Positions 38,017-48,582 of a DNA stretch of 64,000 bases are shown here, piece by piece; within the stretch, counting starts at the first letter, position 1; every line of letters starts with the position of its first letter. The position numbers and the translations under genes are program-made. Source of the stretch: an uncultured Thermoprotei archaeon (GTDB lineage Archaea > Thermoproteota > Thermoprotei > Thermofilales > B15-G2); assembly GCA_965367815.1 (NCBI GenBank), contig CBDUKN010000006.1:41391-105390 (forward strand), in the 5' to 3' direction. The notes beneath the pieces were generated by a model. That model saw only the letters and a program-made list of their open reading frames with translations. It ran no database searches and was not told where the DNA came from.

Positions 38017-39171
38017 CTAGTTGCTTCTGCTAATAAACTTGAGCAACAGTATTAGCGCCGTGTAGAAAACTAGGATTAGCGCTAAAACTACAAAAGCTGC
38101 TTCGTGGCAATATATTTGCGCAACGTATCCCCCCAGAAGAGGCCCTGTCATCCGGCCTAGTTCTTGAGCAAGCCCTATTGCTCCAAATGCTTTGCCATAG
38201 TCTTCTTTACTGATAATCTTGGAGATGTAGGCGTTTCTCGGAGGAGCCGCGACAAATACTTCGTGCATCGATAAAGCTATGGTCAGTGCCAGAGGATCTT
38301 TTACGCAGGAAAGAGCCAATAGAGCAGCTATTCTAGATAATCCTACAAGCGCTAGTAGATTTAGGTCTCCGAGCCTATCAGCTAAAGTGCCTGAATATAT
38401 TCTCGAAAGAGAAGCAGTAATGTTTCTCGCTAAAAGCATTAAGCCTAAAACCGTATAGCTATACCCCAGCTTTTCTACAACCCAGTGTGAGAAGATAGGG
38501 ACTAGTGCTGCTAGGGAAGCGAAGAGAAAATACGTTGAAATCATTAAGATAATGAATTCTTTTTGCCAAATAGGCTTCCCTGCTATGGTTTCTTCTTTAG
38601 CTGTTTTCTGCTTCTCTATGTTTACTTTACATAAGAGAAGAAAACTTGCTAGCGATAGGAGAACCCCTGTTAAGAAAACTGCTTTAACTCCATAGTTATC
38701 TGCAATAAAGCCTGTGAGCACAGGCGCTACTACTACAGGTGCACTCCTAATAGTGAGTATTACTCCGAAAAGAGTTGCTGTAAAAGCTGTATCTGCAACA
38801 ATAGTAGCTGTAGCCGACATGAATGCCGGTAGCTCAAATCCCATCGCTAAAGCTGAGAGCAATAGACCTAAAGCTACGTGAGAAATATTGCTTGATAGGA
38901 AGAGTATGAGGAAAGCTAGAGCGTAAAGCACTCTACTTAGAAGAAAAACAGGTTTATCGCCTAGGCGGTCTCTTATAAGGCCGCTAGCTATTTTCGACAA
39001 GGCTCGTGCTACTGATATAGCTGAGTAAATAGCTCCTATAAGGAATATATTGCCTCCAAGGCTAGCTATGTAAGGCGGAATAACTATGTAGAGCCCTATT
39101 AATCCGACAAGAGCTAGCGACAAAGAGATACCTACTAGCTTTAAGAGCTCTTTCTTTAACTCACTTCGCAT
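38017..39171 (-). CDS. MFS transporter
   Basis: 12-TM pattern, G.I.DRLG motifs. Confidence 0.88.
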   Translation of the reverse strand: MRSELKKELLKLVGISLSLALVGLIGLYIVIPPYIASLGGNIFLIGAIYSAISVARALSKIASGLIRDRLGDKPVFLLSRVLYALAFLILFLSSNISHVALGLLLSALAMGFELPAFMSATATIVADTAFTATLFGVILTIRSAPVVVAPVLTGFIADNYGVKAVFLTGVLLSLASFLLLCKVNIEKQKTAKEETIAGKPIWQKEFIILMISTYFLFASLAALVPIFSHWVVEKLGYSYTVLGLMLLARNITASLSRIYSGTLADRLGDLNLLALVGLSRIAALLALSCVKDPLALTIALSMHEVFVAAPPRNAYISKIISKEDYGKAFGAIGLAQELGRMTGPLLGGYVAQIYCHEAAFVVLALILVFYTALILLLKFISRSN

Positions 39172-39354
39172 TACTCTGCTTTCTACTATACTTCAAAATA
39201 AATTAATTTCTATAGACATTTTTTCAGCAAAAATTAGGAAATATTAAGTAGCTTTACGAGTTACCGAATTACTATAGAAATAAGGAAAATAAATGAACAT
39301 TAGTGGATCTATTCTTAAACGCTTCCTCTAAATCCCGTGTAATTAGTTTCTATG

Positions 39355-40401
39355 CTATTTTCTAAGCACTACGGGTATTTCGCCAAAGTATTCGGCTACA
39401 GTCATCACTCTTACTCCTTCTTTTTCTGCTAGCTCGTATACTTCACGTATTCTTTCAACATACTTTGGTTCTCTCGGTAAATGATGGTCTAGAAAAATAA
39501 GTTCTGGAGCCGCGTCAGTAATTATTCTCTTTATGTTCTCGATAGCTCTCCTCAAGTTTGTTTGATTTAACATATATCCGAGAGTATATGTAGCCGGACC
39601 ATCTAGCAGTAAAATGTTTGGTTTTTCGCGTATAATCCAGTCGGCGTAGTCCTCTATTATAGGCCCATTGATATCAGATGAGAAAAGAAGTTTTTTGCCA
39701 CTGTAGTCTACTACAACTCCTATTACCCATCCTACTCTGCTGTACTCTATTCCGTGGAAAAGAGGCTTAGTGAATCTAATGACAGTGCTCCCGTAACTGA
39801 ATTCTCTGCCGTCAGCGAAAAAGAGCTTGAATACTTCGCCTTCATGTTCAGGTACACGCTTATAGGACTTCCACTTTTTTACACGGCCTTTGAACCACTC
39901 GAAGCCTTTCTCTAAAAGCTCCTTTTTCCTACGGCTATAGTCGCCGTAGTCTATGCTAGTTGCGTGAGGCAGGTCTTCGAGCGGATGAGGATACTCTTTT
40001 TCAACAGGCTCTTCCATCACTTCATCGAGCGAAATTTCTTCTAGCCCAAAAAGCTTAGAGTAAAATCTCAGTGCTCTTCCTCTTTGAGAATCATTAATGT
40101 ACTCGTTGGGTGATTTAGCTAAAATAGTCTTGTTTCTGTAAAGTACTTCGTCAAAGTCTGTGAAGTGGTCATAGTGGTAGTGTGTTATTACTACTACTTG
40201 AGCTTTCTTTGATGCCTCGACTACTTTCTCGTAGCCTACTTCAACCCACTGTTCTTTAAGGTCAGGTGGAGCAGGAAAAGACCCGTGCATAATGGCTACT
40301 CCAGGGTCTATTAGAATAGTTACGTCAGGAGTCTCGACGAGCGTTGAGAAAGATTTTGCTCCAAGTGAATCAGCCCAGACGGGTTTGAATTTAAGGCTCA
40401 T
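39355..40401 (-). CDS. Metallo-beta-lactamase-fold hydrolase (UPF0282-like)
   Basis: WADSLGAKS, ITHYHYDH, FHG, SDI.GP, LDHHL.R. Confidence 0.85.
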   Translation of the reverse strand: MSLKFKPVWADSLGAKSFSTLVETPDVTILIDPGVAIMHGSFPAPPDLKEQWVEVGYEKVVEASKKAQVVVITHYHYDHFTDFDEVLYRNKTILAKSPNEYINDSQRGRALRFYSKLFGLEEISLDEVMEEPVEKEYPHPLEDLPHATSIDYGDYSRRKKELLEKGFEWFKGRVKKWKSYKRVPEHEGEVFKLFFADGREFSYGSTVIRFTKPLFHGIEYSRVGWVIGVVVDYSGKKLLFSSDINGPIIEDYADWIIREKPNILLLDGPATYTLGYMLNQTNLRRAIENIKRIITDAAPELIFLDHHLPREPKYVERIREVYELAEKEGVRVMTVAEYFGEIPVVLRK

Positions 40402-40474
40402 TTCTTTGATTATGTGTAATCAGTGACTAAAAATTTTAGCTAGCTTTCGCAAATATAATACCGGGTTAAATTAA

Positions 40475-40816
40475 ATGTCTCTCTTTGAAAAAGTACTAGA
40501 AGAGGAGCTATTGAAAAGAGAAAGACTTAGGCAAGAAACTTTATTTAAAACAAAGAAAGTTTTAAGAAAGCTAAGAGAAAAAGTATTTTTTGAAAAAGCT
40601 TATATTTTTGGCTCTTTAGTCCGTCCAGGAGAATATAGCATACAATCTGATATAGATATTGCCTTCGAGAAACTAGAGCCAAACAAGCTTTTCTACACAG
40701 TAGCTTTTCTCAGCAGCGAGTTAGGTAGAGAAGTAGATGTAATTGAATTAGAGAAAGCTCCAAGTTTTTTCCGCAAAAAAGTACTAAAAGAGGGAATTTT
40801 ATGGAAGCCCGATTAG
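40475..40816 (+). CDS. Minimal nucleotidyltransferase (MNT antitoxin)
   Basis: FGSL...SDIDIA...VDV. Confidence 0.88.
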   Translation: MSLFEKVLEEELLKRERLRQETLFKTKKVLRKLREKVFFEKAYIFGSLVRPGEYSIQSDIDIAFEKLEPNKLFYTVAFLSSELGREVDVIELEKAPSFFRKKVLKEGILWKPD

Positions 40817-41328
40817 CAGTTCTTTTTGCAGAAATAGATTATCAGTGGAATCAAATACTAAAGATATATAAAAGTATTGAAGAAAAATTAAAGAGACTTA
40901 AAGAAAATAAAGATAATGAAGATCTCAGAGATTCTCTCGCGTATAGACTTCACAATCTTTACTGCGCTTATGAAGACTTATTTAAAATAATAGCGAAGTT
41001 CTTCGAAAACCGTATCGAGGACCCTGCTCGATATCACATAGAGCTTTTAAGGAGGATGCTTATTGAAATCAAAGGAATTAGACCAAGCCTTATTTCTGAA
41101 GAGAGTTATACTTATTTAAATGAACTTAGAGGCTTTCGTCATGTATTTAGACACGCTTATGCAATAGAGCTTGATGTAGATAAAATTATTGCTCTTGCTG
41201 AAAAATCTCTTATATTAAAATCGTTATTTGAAGAAGATTTAAAAAGATTTAAAAGAAAGCTTTATGAAATGTTCTCTAAGAAAACTGACTGCTCTAAGCA
41301 ATTTTATACTAGTGAACATTGCTATTAA
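40801..41328 (+). CDS. HEPN RNase toxin (HepT-like)
   Basis: LHNLY...ED, ELRGFRHVFRHAY (Rx4H); overlaps MNT. Confidence 0.85.
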   Translation: MEARLAVLFAEIDYQWNQILKIYKSIEEKLKRLKENKDNEDLRDSLAYRLHNLYCAYEDLFKIIAKFFENRIEDPARYHIELLRRMLIEIKGIRPSLISEESYTYLNELRGFRHVFRHAYAIELDVDKIIALAEKSLILKSLFEEDLKRFKRKLYEMFSKKTDCSKQFYTSEHCY

Positions 41329-42429
41329 AGTTAATAGAACTACTGCATAGGCTTGAATTAAGCAATAGGGTCCGATAGTATCATATATATGGCCTAGTAT
41401 TAGTGGGCCTACTACTGCTCCGAGGTTTCCTGTCAAGTTTACTAAACCTATCAAGAGTCCTCTACGAGCTGCCTTTACTTTACCCATAACAGCTCTAGTC
41501 AAAGGATACATTGCTGAGAATGAGCCTAAAAGGATTCCTAGAGAAGCCGCTAAAATAACGTAGTCGTGGCTGTAAACGCCCGTCAGAGAAAGTATTCCTA
41601 TGATAAAACCTATTAGCGACCCTATTATCCAGTCGGTTTTATCTGCAAGAAAACCTATCATTAGGCTCAATGTAAGGCTTATAAAAGTCACTATAGACAT
41701 TGTGCTTGAAGCCAGTTCTTCGCTATACCTGGGAACATCTCTGAGGTAGAGTAAGACTAATGGACGTGTACTAACAATCAGTCCTGCTAGAAACATTGCC
41801 GTGAGAGCGAGCGCTACTTCAGTTACATGAATTTTCTCTGTTACATGCTTTTTCTCAACTATAGTAGTGTAGCGGCGGGCTAAAGGTGTAGCTGAAAAAG
41901 CCATGAGGATTAAAATGGATGAAGCACATAGAAATGCTTCAAAGTAGTTGCCAGCATAGAAACTCGAGTAAGCAAGATAACTTAGTACAGAGCCTAGAGA
42001 GCCTAGCGCAAAGTAAATAGACATTATGCTTGATCTCCAACTAGACGGTGATAACTCTACTACGATAGTTTGAACACTTGGCCATAGTACGCCTGAGGCA
42101 ATTCCATTTAGAAACGAGAATAATATTAGCTGAGTCCATGCATTGGATAAAGCATACCCTAGTGCCACAAAGGAATTTAAAGCGAATCCCATTACAGCGA
42201 ACACTCCTCTACGCTTAATCTTGTCACTAATGTAGCCGGAGACAACTGCTGCGAGTCCTCGAGTAATCATGAAAGCTGAAGTAAAGCTACCTATCACTAG
42301 TGCAGAAAAACCAAGAGCTCTAGCCTTGAATGTGAGAGCGGTGTTTGACATTATTTGAGCAAAGTTTCCTAAAAGCGGAAAACATGCTACCGTCCACAGT
42401 AACAGCGGTAGCGATATTTTCTTAGACAC
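41239..42429 (-). CDS. MFS transporter
   Basis: 12-TM pattern, GYISDKIKRR, GFLADK. Confidence 0.88.
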   Translation of the reverse strand: MSKKISLPLLLWTVACFPLLGNFAQIMSNTALTFKARALGFSALVIGSFTSAFMITRGLAAVVSGYISDKIKRRGVFAVMGFALNSFVALGYALSNAWTQLILFSFLNGIASGVLWPSVQTIVVELSPSSWRSSIMSIYFALGSLGSVLSYLAYSSFYAGNYFEAFLCASSILILMAFSATPLARRYTTIVEKKHVTEKIHVTEVALALTAMFLAGLIVSTRPLVLLYLRDVPRYSEELASSTMSIVTFISLTLSLMIGFLADKTDWIIGSLIGFIIGILSLTGVYSHDYVILAASLGILLGSFSAMYPLTRAVMGKVKAARRGLLIGLVNLTGNLGAVVGPLILGHIYDTIGPYCLIQAYAVVLLTLIAMFTSIKLLRAVSFLREHFIKLSFKSF

Positions 42430-42460
42430 TCAACTTAATATAAAGCAGTTTATTTAAGTC

Positions 42461-43585
42461 TTAGTAATTAGTCTGAGTCGGAGCCTTGTGCTCGTAGTAA
42501 GGACTATAAGCTACTTTTTTCGAAGGCTTGTAGGATATACCGTATATAACTATGATTAAGCCGACAATTATTACTGCAATAGATACTATTCTAAATATTT
42601 GAAGAAACATGAGTTCAGATGGTTTTCTGCGAAATTCCTTTAGTTCCTTTAACACTACTTTTTTCCTATCTAATATACTGTTCCCCGATAATAGCTCTAC
42701 TACTACAACTTCGCTGCTTTTTCTTCCTAATAAAGGTACTTCGACAAATATTTGTTCCCCAGCCTTAATGTAGACTTTAACTGTCTGCTCTAAGTCTTCA
42801 GCAAGAACCCTTAAGTAGAAATACCCAGAAGTACTTGAATTGTTTTCTATAGTTACTTCTATACCTGCAGGTACTTTAGATACATTAACTATTTTTCCAT
42901 AGAGCTTAGGTCTTGAAGCAAATTTAATTCTGGGTAGTTTAACGTAAAAAATATAGTAGTCGGGTGCTTGTAACTCGTTGTAGTTTACCCAGAGTAAACT
43001 TGATTTTGTTTCTTTGAGAGGCCCGTGAGCCGATGCAGGTAGCCAAGTATAATTGACTAGAGTTGCTCCTTTGCTGAACTCAACTGAGAGGATGTCTATC
43101 CAGCTTCTTGGGTCTCTGTGCGTATAGCTATCTCTTATTGTTATTTCGTAAAGGTTTTCGTCTATTTTTCGAATAAACTCGCTTGTATTAAGGTATATTA
43201 GCACTTCGATAATGTATGCTCCTTTCATTTTACTTAACTTACCGGTGTTTCCTACGTCGCATAGTACTATTGTATTATCGTTTTTACTGAATTCTATTAG
43301 AACTTTATACTTTATTGTGTCTGGTGAGTTTGCGAACATCAAGAGTATTTCTTCAACTATCTGTCTTGATGAAGCTTTTAAGTTTTCTTCTATTCTTCTA
43401 TCTCCGTAAAGGCTTTTTCCTTCAGAAGTAAATGGATGTAGCTTAGCTTTAACTATTGTAGTGCCGTCGCCCGATATGTTTACTTCAAAGTTGAGTGCAA
43501 TCCAGTAGCGCTCTTCTTGAGATTTTACTTCTGCTAAGAGAGCTAATGTAAGTAGAATTACTATAAGGAGAACTATTTTTCTCAT
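42461..43585 (-). CDS. Secreted/cell-surface protein with signal peptide and C-terminal TM anchor
   Basis: N-terminal signal peptide, beta-rich body, C-terminal TM. Confidence 0.7.
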   Translation of the reverse strand: MRKIVLLIVILLTLALLAEVKSQEERYWIALNFEVNISGDGTTIVKAKLHPFTSEGKSLYGDRRIEENLKASSRQIVEEILLMFANSPDTIKYKVLIEFSKNDNTIVLCDVGNTGKLSKMKGAYIIEVLIYLNTSEFIRKIDENLYEITIRDSYTHRDPRSWIDILSVEFSKGATLVNYTWLPASAHGPLKETKSSLLWVNYNELQAPDYYIFYVKLPRIKFASRPKLYGKIVNVSKVPAGIEVTIENNSSTSGYFYLRVLAEDLEQTVKVYIKAGEQIFVEVPLLGRKSSEVVVVELLSGNSILDRKKVVLKELKEFRRKPSELMFLQIFRIVSIAVIIVGLIIVIYGISYKPSKKVAYSPYYEHKAPTQTNY

Positions 43586-43597
43586 AACTTACCCCCT

Positions 43598-44632
43598 CTA
43601 CTTAGGTTTGAACTTCATTTCAATATACTCTAGAGTCAAGTAGCTTGGTGCACAGAGATTACCTAGAGCTGTTCCATAGTACTTTGTTTCCTCTATGCCG
43701 AAAACTATGTGTAAATTGGAGTAGTCTCCAAGCTTTACTCGAGGTTCTTCTAGAAGCTCTACGTCGACCCAGCCCCATGGAGGCAAATATACTTGGCTCC
43801 ACATATGGCCTCCCCAGTGTCTTAAGAGTTTTTCTCCTTCATACCAGGCAGTAGACATATTGATCCATAATTTGGACTCGTGTTTGCTGAGAAGCATTCC
43901 GAAAACTGTGCGCGCAGGTATGCCGAGTATTCTCATAAGCGTTACATAGACATCGGCTACTTCAGTACAGTCTCCTCTAATGATATAGCCTAGAGATGTC
44001 TTGACTAAAGCTCCGTCTGAGCCTACACGTGTCATGAGAATTGTATATGATATGTGGCTTTGAACCCATTTAGCCACATTTATGGCTATTTCAAGCGGCG
44101 TAGACCCCTTTCTCAGTTTATACGCTAGATCTACTACATCTTCTCTTTCAGTATTCCATAGTCTTGTTTTAACAGTATATTTTGCGACCATAGAGTAGCT
44201 AGGCCACTTGCTTTCATTGACATTAAAGAATATCTTGTAGCCAGAGACTTTCACTAAGTAAGTGGCATTAATCCACACTTTTTCGCCAGGCTCTGCTTTA
44301 ACAACAACTACTGCAAAAGTATTTCCGTCTTCATCTCTCTCAATTTTAGTGGGCTTAGGTATCATTGAGAATAGATATGCTTTCTGGTAAGTAGTATTAC
44401 GGGGTAGTGTTACATAAACATAGTCCTTGATAGGTATTTTATATGTGTTTACTACAAGATATTTTGCTTTAACAACATATGTTATATTGTAAAATACTAT
44501 TGATGATTTTTCGAAGGACGGAATAGTTTCTTCTTTAATTTGAATTCTGTTCTCAATTTCGACTGAAATATAGTACAAGAAAATTCCTATAATAATAACC
44601 ATTAAACCTACAGCTACTTCTATCTTCTCCAC
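43598..44632 (-). CDS. Membrane-anchored transglutaminase-like protein
   Basis: GDCTEVA...RILGIPAR..FG, GHMWSQVY..WGWVDV (Cys-His-Asp triad). Confidence 0.88.
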   Translation of the reverse strand: MEKIEVAVGLMVIIIGIFLYYISVEIENRIQIKEETIPSFEKSSIVFYNITYVVKAKYLVVNTYKIPIKDYVYVTLPRNTTYQKAYLFSMIPKPTKIERDEDGNTFAVVVVKAEPGEKVWINATYLVKVSGYKIFFNVNESKWPSYSMVAKYTVKTRLWNTEREDVVDLAYKLRKGSTPLEIAINVAKWVQSHISYTILMTRVGSDGALVKTSLGYIIRGDCTEVADVYVTLMRILGIPARTVFGMLLSKHESKLWINMSTAWYEGEKLLRHWGGHMWSQVYLPPWGWVDVELLEEPRVKLGDYSNLHIVFGIEETKYYGTALGNLCAPSYLTLEYIEMKFKPK

Positions 44633-44697
44633 AGTTTAAATAACTTAGAGATCATTAATAAAAGCTTGGCGAACAATAAACACTCAATTATAGCTGA

Positions 44698-45933
44698 CTA
44701 TTTGCCTCTAACTGCTTTTCCCTCTTCTGCCCTTCTAGCTATTTTAGCCGCTATATTGATTAAGTCTTGTGCTGTAAGCTGCTCGTCACCTATCTCTGGT
44801 ACTTCTCCCGTTAAGCTTATTAGCCCGGATCTAGGAATTCCCAGTTTCTTCATGTTTTCCATAGCTCTGCGCGCTTCACTTGAAGTAATTGAGCCTATTT
44901 TCACTTCGTAGCCTATAATGGGAGTATTTCCGCTCAGCAGTATTATATCTACATCTTCGCCTCCTGGTAGTACTACATAGGCTCTCGTGAGATTCTTATA
45001 CTGCGCTAGCAGCTCTCCTATAAAGAACTGGACTTCTAGTCCGAGCTTTCCTACTATAGTTTCACGCGAAGGATAAAGTCCTAACTCACTGTACTTTTCG
45101 TCAAGATAAAGTAGAATTGATAGAAGACTTGATCTATGTTTATAAAATGCTCTTGCTCCACGTGTTCGCCATAAACGAACTTTCTCTACGAGACCCATGT
45201 CGACTAACTGATTAAGAATTCCTGTAACGACTCCGGCTTCCGGTCTTTGAATAAGTTTAGCTTCATAGAGTTTTTGCGCCAAGTCTCGAGAAGACCAGTA
45301 TCCAAGTGCAAGAAATCTCAAAACAGCGTCATAAAGCCTTGTAAGTTTCCTCTCCTCTTCCTCAAAAATTTCGCCTACAAGACCAGTAGCTGAACTGGCT
45401 AGAAGCCTATAATTCGACTTCAATTTATCTACAATTTCTCCCCCTACTTTCATAACTCCGAGAATCCAGGGATCACGAGCTATGCAAGCCCAGAGTATAG
45501 CGTTCTTATAGTCAAATATTTTTGCGAACGCGAGAATAGAGTCTGCTGGAGAGACTAAGTCTACTTTAAATGGCACAAAAAGACCTAGTAGAGGACTTTT
45601 CTCGCTAAAAACTTTTCTAGTAACAGATAAACTAGACCCACATAGAACTAGTCTTCCATGAACATCAAGTTTCTTAAGAGCTATAAAGCCCCATAAATGT
45701 TCAGGAAGCCTCTGAAACTCATCTACTATACCTAGACCCCCGCCTGAAATAACCTCAAATACTCTCTTCAAAGCGCTTTCATAATTCTGCACCTCAATAC
45801 CTTTTCCCCTTTCTTCAACAAAGCACATCCCTGTCCGAGAAACAAGAATATAAATGTTCCAGTCTAAGTACTTCCTTAACATAAATGTCTTACCAGTTTT
45901 ACGCCTTCCGTAAACAAGAGTCCACGCATCCAT
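44698..45933 (-). CDS. Archaeal ATPase with C-terminal PD-(D/E)XK-like domain
   Basis: YGRRKTGKT, VDEFQRL, CGSS, EDVD...YEVK. The frame is open ~25 codons further upstream. Confidence 0.85.
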   Translation of the reverse strand: MDAWTLVYGRRKTGKTFMLRKYLDWNIYILVSRTGMCFVEERGKGIEVQNYESALKRVFEVISGGGLGIVDEFQRLPEHLWGFIALKKLDVHGRLVLCGSSLSVTRKVFSEKSPLLGLFVPFKVDLVSPADSILAFAKIFDYKNAILWACIARDPWILGVMKVGGEIVDKLKSNYRLLASSATGLVGEIFEEEERKLTRLYDAVLRFLALGYWSSRDLAQKLYEAKLIQRPEAGVVTGILNQLVDMGLVEKVRLWRTRGARAFYKHRSSLLSILLYLDEKYSELGLYPSRETIVGKLGLEVQFFIGELLAQYKNLTRAYVVLPGGEDVDIILLSGNTPIIGYEVKIGSITSSEARRAMENMKKLGIPRSGLISLTGEVPEIGDEQLTAQDLINIAAKIARRAEEGKAVRGK

Positions 45934-45974
45934 TTCCTTGAGTTTACTACATTCCCATCTATCTATTATAATCT

Positions 45975-46016
45975 GAATATTCTCACTAGAATATTCGCGC
46001 CAGAATATTATATAAA
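45975..46016. promoter_or_regulatory. Three GAATATT(C/A) palindromic boxes with exact 14-bp period, abutting a TATA box
   Basis: 45975-82, 45989-96, 46003-10; minus-strand TTTATATA at ~46009-46016. Confidence 0.55.
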
Positions 46017-46208
46017 GCTAGCTTACCTACTTCAATGACCGCTGATATTCCTAGCTAATTTAATATTGAAGTAAAATTTCATTTAAGTGCTCTTAAAATT
46101 ACTTATATATCAATTTTTCACAACTAAAGTAAATAGTTTAAATATTGGTCATTATATAGCTTCAATTAAATATTACAATATTTTAAAATAAATATTTAAA
46201 TATTCGGC

Positions 46209-47441
46209 CTACTTTAGCTTAGAGAAATATTTTGTTTTCATTTCAATGAATTTTTCTGAAGCCTTTTCTCCATAATCTTCTATAAGTTTTTTAGCGAAGT
46301 TCTTGAAGTCTTCTAGGAAAACTGTTTTTCTTCCCTGCATTTCAGAGTAGTAGGCTGAGTCAATAATTGCCATTACTTCAGCTGCATATTCTTCATTTAG
46401 TATCGACTTTGTTCCTGTTAGAATGCATTTGCACATATATCTTATTTCGCTCAAGATGGGAGATTTTGCTCCCGCAACCTCTATTAGCCTCGATGAACCA
46501 GAGTACTCTCGAAACTCTAAGTAGACTTTATCGTCTTTTCTAACATCTCTCAAGACTCCTTTTGTACCAAAAACCATTATTGACTCAAACTCTTTTCCAC
46601 TCCACGCTCCCTCTATGAGAGCTGTTGTCTGCGAGAAGTCTTCAGGGTCTTCAAATCTTATAATGACATGAGCATCGTCCTCGACTTTTATTCTAGTGTA
46701 GTAGTCGTCTATAAAGCGGTACTTTGAACGAATAGTTATGCCAGTAAATTTTTCTGCCTTAACTGCTACTGGCTCTTTATTTAAGCCCGCTAAGTACCAT
46801 GCTATTCCTATTGCGTGAACACCCATATCGAGGAGGGAACCTCCTCCGCCGACTTCGGAATCCCAGAACCAGGCTTTTCCCTCAGGTCCTAAGTGCGAGC
46901 ACGGAACAATGAGATACTCTATTTCGCCTAATAGCCCTGTCTCTAGAGTTTTTCTCATTAAATACACTACTGGTGCAAAAATATAGTTCTCGTTTACTTG
47001 GAAAAACTTGCCTGACTCTTTAACTGCTTCAACTATTTTCAGGGCCTCAATATAGGTTCTAGCAGGAGGTTTTTCTACCATAGCGTTTACTCCAGCTTTA
47101 AGGGCATCAACAGCTATAGGCGCATGGTACTTGTGAGGCGTACATATGTCAGCTAAATCTAAGTCTTCTTTATTCAACATTTCTTTGTAGTCTCGGTATA
47201 CTTTAATCTCGGAAACTATTTGCGACAATCGGTCGGCTTCGTCGTCGAGCCCTGTTTCTTTTAGATGCTGAATTTCCTTTGAAAAGACTTCTTTTACTCT
47301 CTTTAAAGCAAACTTAAGGGATTTTTCCGCAGGATCTGCTAAAGCTACTAGTCTAGCTTCCTTTATTTTAGGATATGCTGGAAGATGTCCCCATGTAAAA
47401 ATTCCTCCAACGCCTATCGCACCTACTCTGACTTCTTTCAT
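46209..47441 (-). CDS. Gfo/Idh/MocA oxidoreductase
   Basis: IGVGG, ICTPH..H, VEKP, GGGSLLDMGVH. Confidence 0.92.
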   Translation of the reverse strand: MKEVRVGAIGVGGIFTWGHLPAYPKIKEARLVALADPAEKSLKFALKRVKEVFSKEIQHLKETGLDDEADRLSQIVSEIKVYRDYKEMLNKEDLDLADICTPHKYHAPIAVDALKAGVNAMVEKPPARTYIEALKIVEAVKESGKFFQVNENYIFAPVVYLMRKTLETGLLGEIEYLIVPCSHLGPEGKAWFWDSEVGGGGSLLDMGVHAIGIAWYLAGLNKEPVAVKAEKFTGITIRSKYRFIDDYYTRIKVEDDAHVIIRFEDPEDFSQTTALIEGAWSGKEFESIMVFGTKGVLRDVRKDDKVYLEFREYSGSSRLIEVAGAKSPILSEIRYMCKCILTGTKSILNEEYAAEVMAIIDSAYYSEMQGRKTVFLEDFKNFAKKLIEDYGEKASEKFIEMKTKYFSKLK

Positions 47442-47486
47442 TGCTTACCGAAAGCCTTTCACTTAGTTAAAATAAATGATTTTTGC

Positions 47487-48509
47487 TCACCACTTGACTC
47501 CATATTTTTCAACTACTTCTTCTATTCTTTTAACGTCATAGTCTGTCAGCTTAATTTCCAGTGCGCCGAGGTTTTCTTCTAAATGCTCTAGCTTTGATAC
47601 ACTTACTATGGGGACTATGGTTACGCCTAACTCTTTCTGTTTATGCAGAACCCATGCTATAGCTAGCTGAGCTATAGTAGCGTCTTTTTCCTTAGCTATT
47701 TCCTTAAGCTCTTTGAGCATCTCGTAGTACCGCTTTAAACTAATGATGCTTTTAAGCTTCTTAGAAATAGTTGCTCTCGAGAGCTCAGGTATTCCCTTCA
47801 AGTATTTCTCTGTAAGAAGTCCTTGAGCTAGCGGAGAATAAGCCATAATTGCTAAGCTGTATCTCCTAGCTATAGGTATCTTCGTTTTCTCGATTTCTCT
47901 ATTCAGGAGACTATAGGGCTCCTGTATTGTAATATAGCTGTGAAGCCTATACTCTCTAGCTAACTCCATTGCTTCAATAATTTTTTCTGGCGGATGATTT
48001 GAGGAACCTATGTAGTGGACCTTACCCTGGCGCACTAGGTCGTCAAAAGCCATCAGTGTTTCGAGGAGAGGGGTATTTGGATCATAGATATGCGCTAAAT
48101 ATACGTCAACGTAGTCCATTTGCAGCCTCTTTAAGCTCTCTTTAACCTGCCACATAATATGCTTGCGCGAAAGCCCTTCAGCATTAGGCCAGGGAGCCAT
48201 ACGTCCTCCAACTTTAGTTACTATAACAAAGCTCTCTCTATCGTATTCTTTAAGCACTTCACCGAGCACACACTCAGCATTGCCTACATGCGTGAGAGGC
48301 ACAGGTGATACAGCTCCATGATACCTGTTGGCAGTATCAATGAAGTTTATTCCGTGGTCAAAGGCATATTTAATGATCCTTCTTACTTCATTTACATCTA
48401 CTTTATGCACGCCATACTCGTCTACTTCCTTTGATCTAGGTAAGAACCATGAGCCCATACAGAGCTTCGATACTAGCAGTCCGCTTGAACCAAATCTGAC
48501 ATACTCCAT
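47487..48509 (-). CDS. Aldo/keto reductase
   Basis: GINFIDTA..Y, TKV, SLKRLQ.DYVDVY..H, IGSSN, YSPLAQGLL. Confidence 0.95.
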   Translation of the reverse strand: MEYVRFGSSGLLVSKLCMGSWFLPRSKEVDEYGVHKVDVNEVRRIIKYAFDHGINFIDTANRYHGAVSPVPLTHVGNAECVLGEVLKEYDRESFVIVTKVGGRMAPWPNAEGLSRKHIMWQVKESLKRLQMDYVDVYLAHIYDPNTPLLETLMAFDDLVRQGKVHYIGSSNHPPEKIIEAMELAREYRLHSYITIQEPYSLLNREIEKTKIPIARRYSLAIMAYSPLAQGLLTEKYLKGIPELSRATISKKLKSIISLKRYYEMLKELKEIAKEKDATIAQLAIAWVLHKQKELGVTIVPIVSVSKLEHLEENLGALEIKLTDYDVKRIEEVVEKYGVKW

Positions 48510-48582
48510 GTTATCCCCTAAATTAGGTTCGCTGCAAATAAAATAGTTAGCGCTGGATCTAAGAAAAGCTGAGCCTTTGCTG

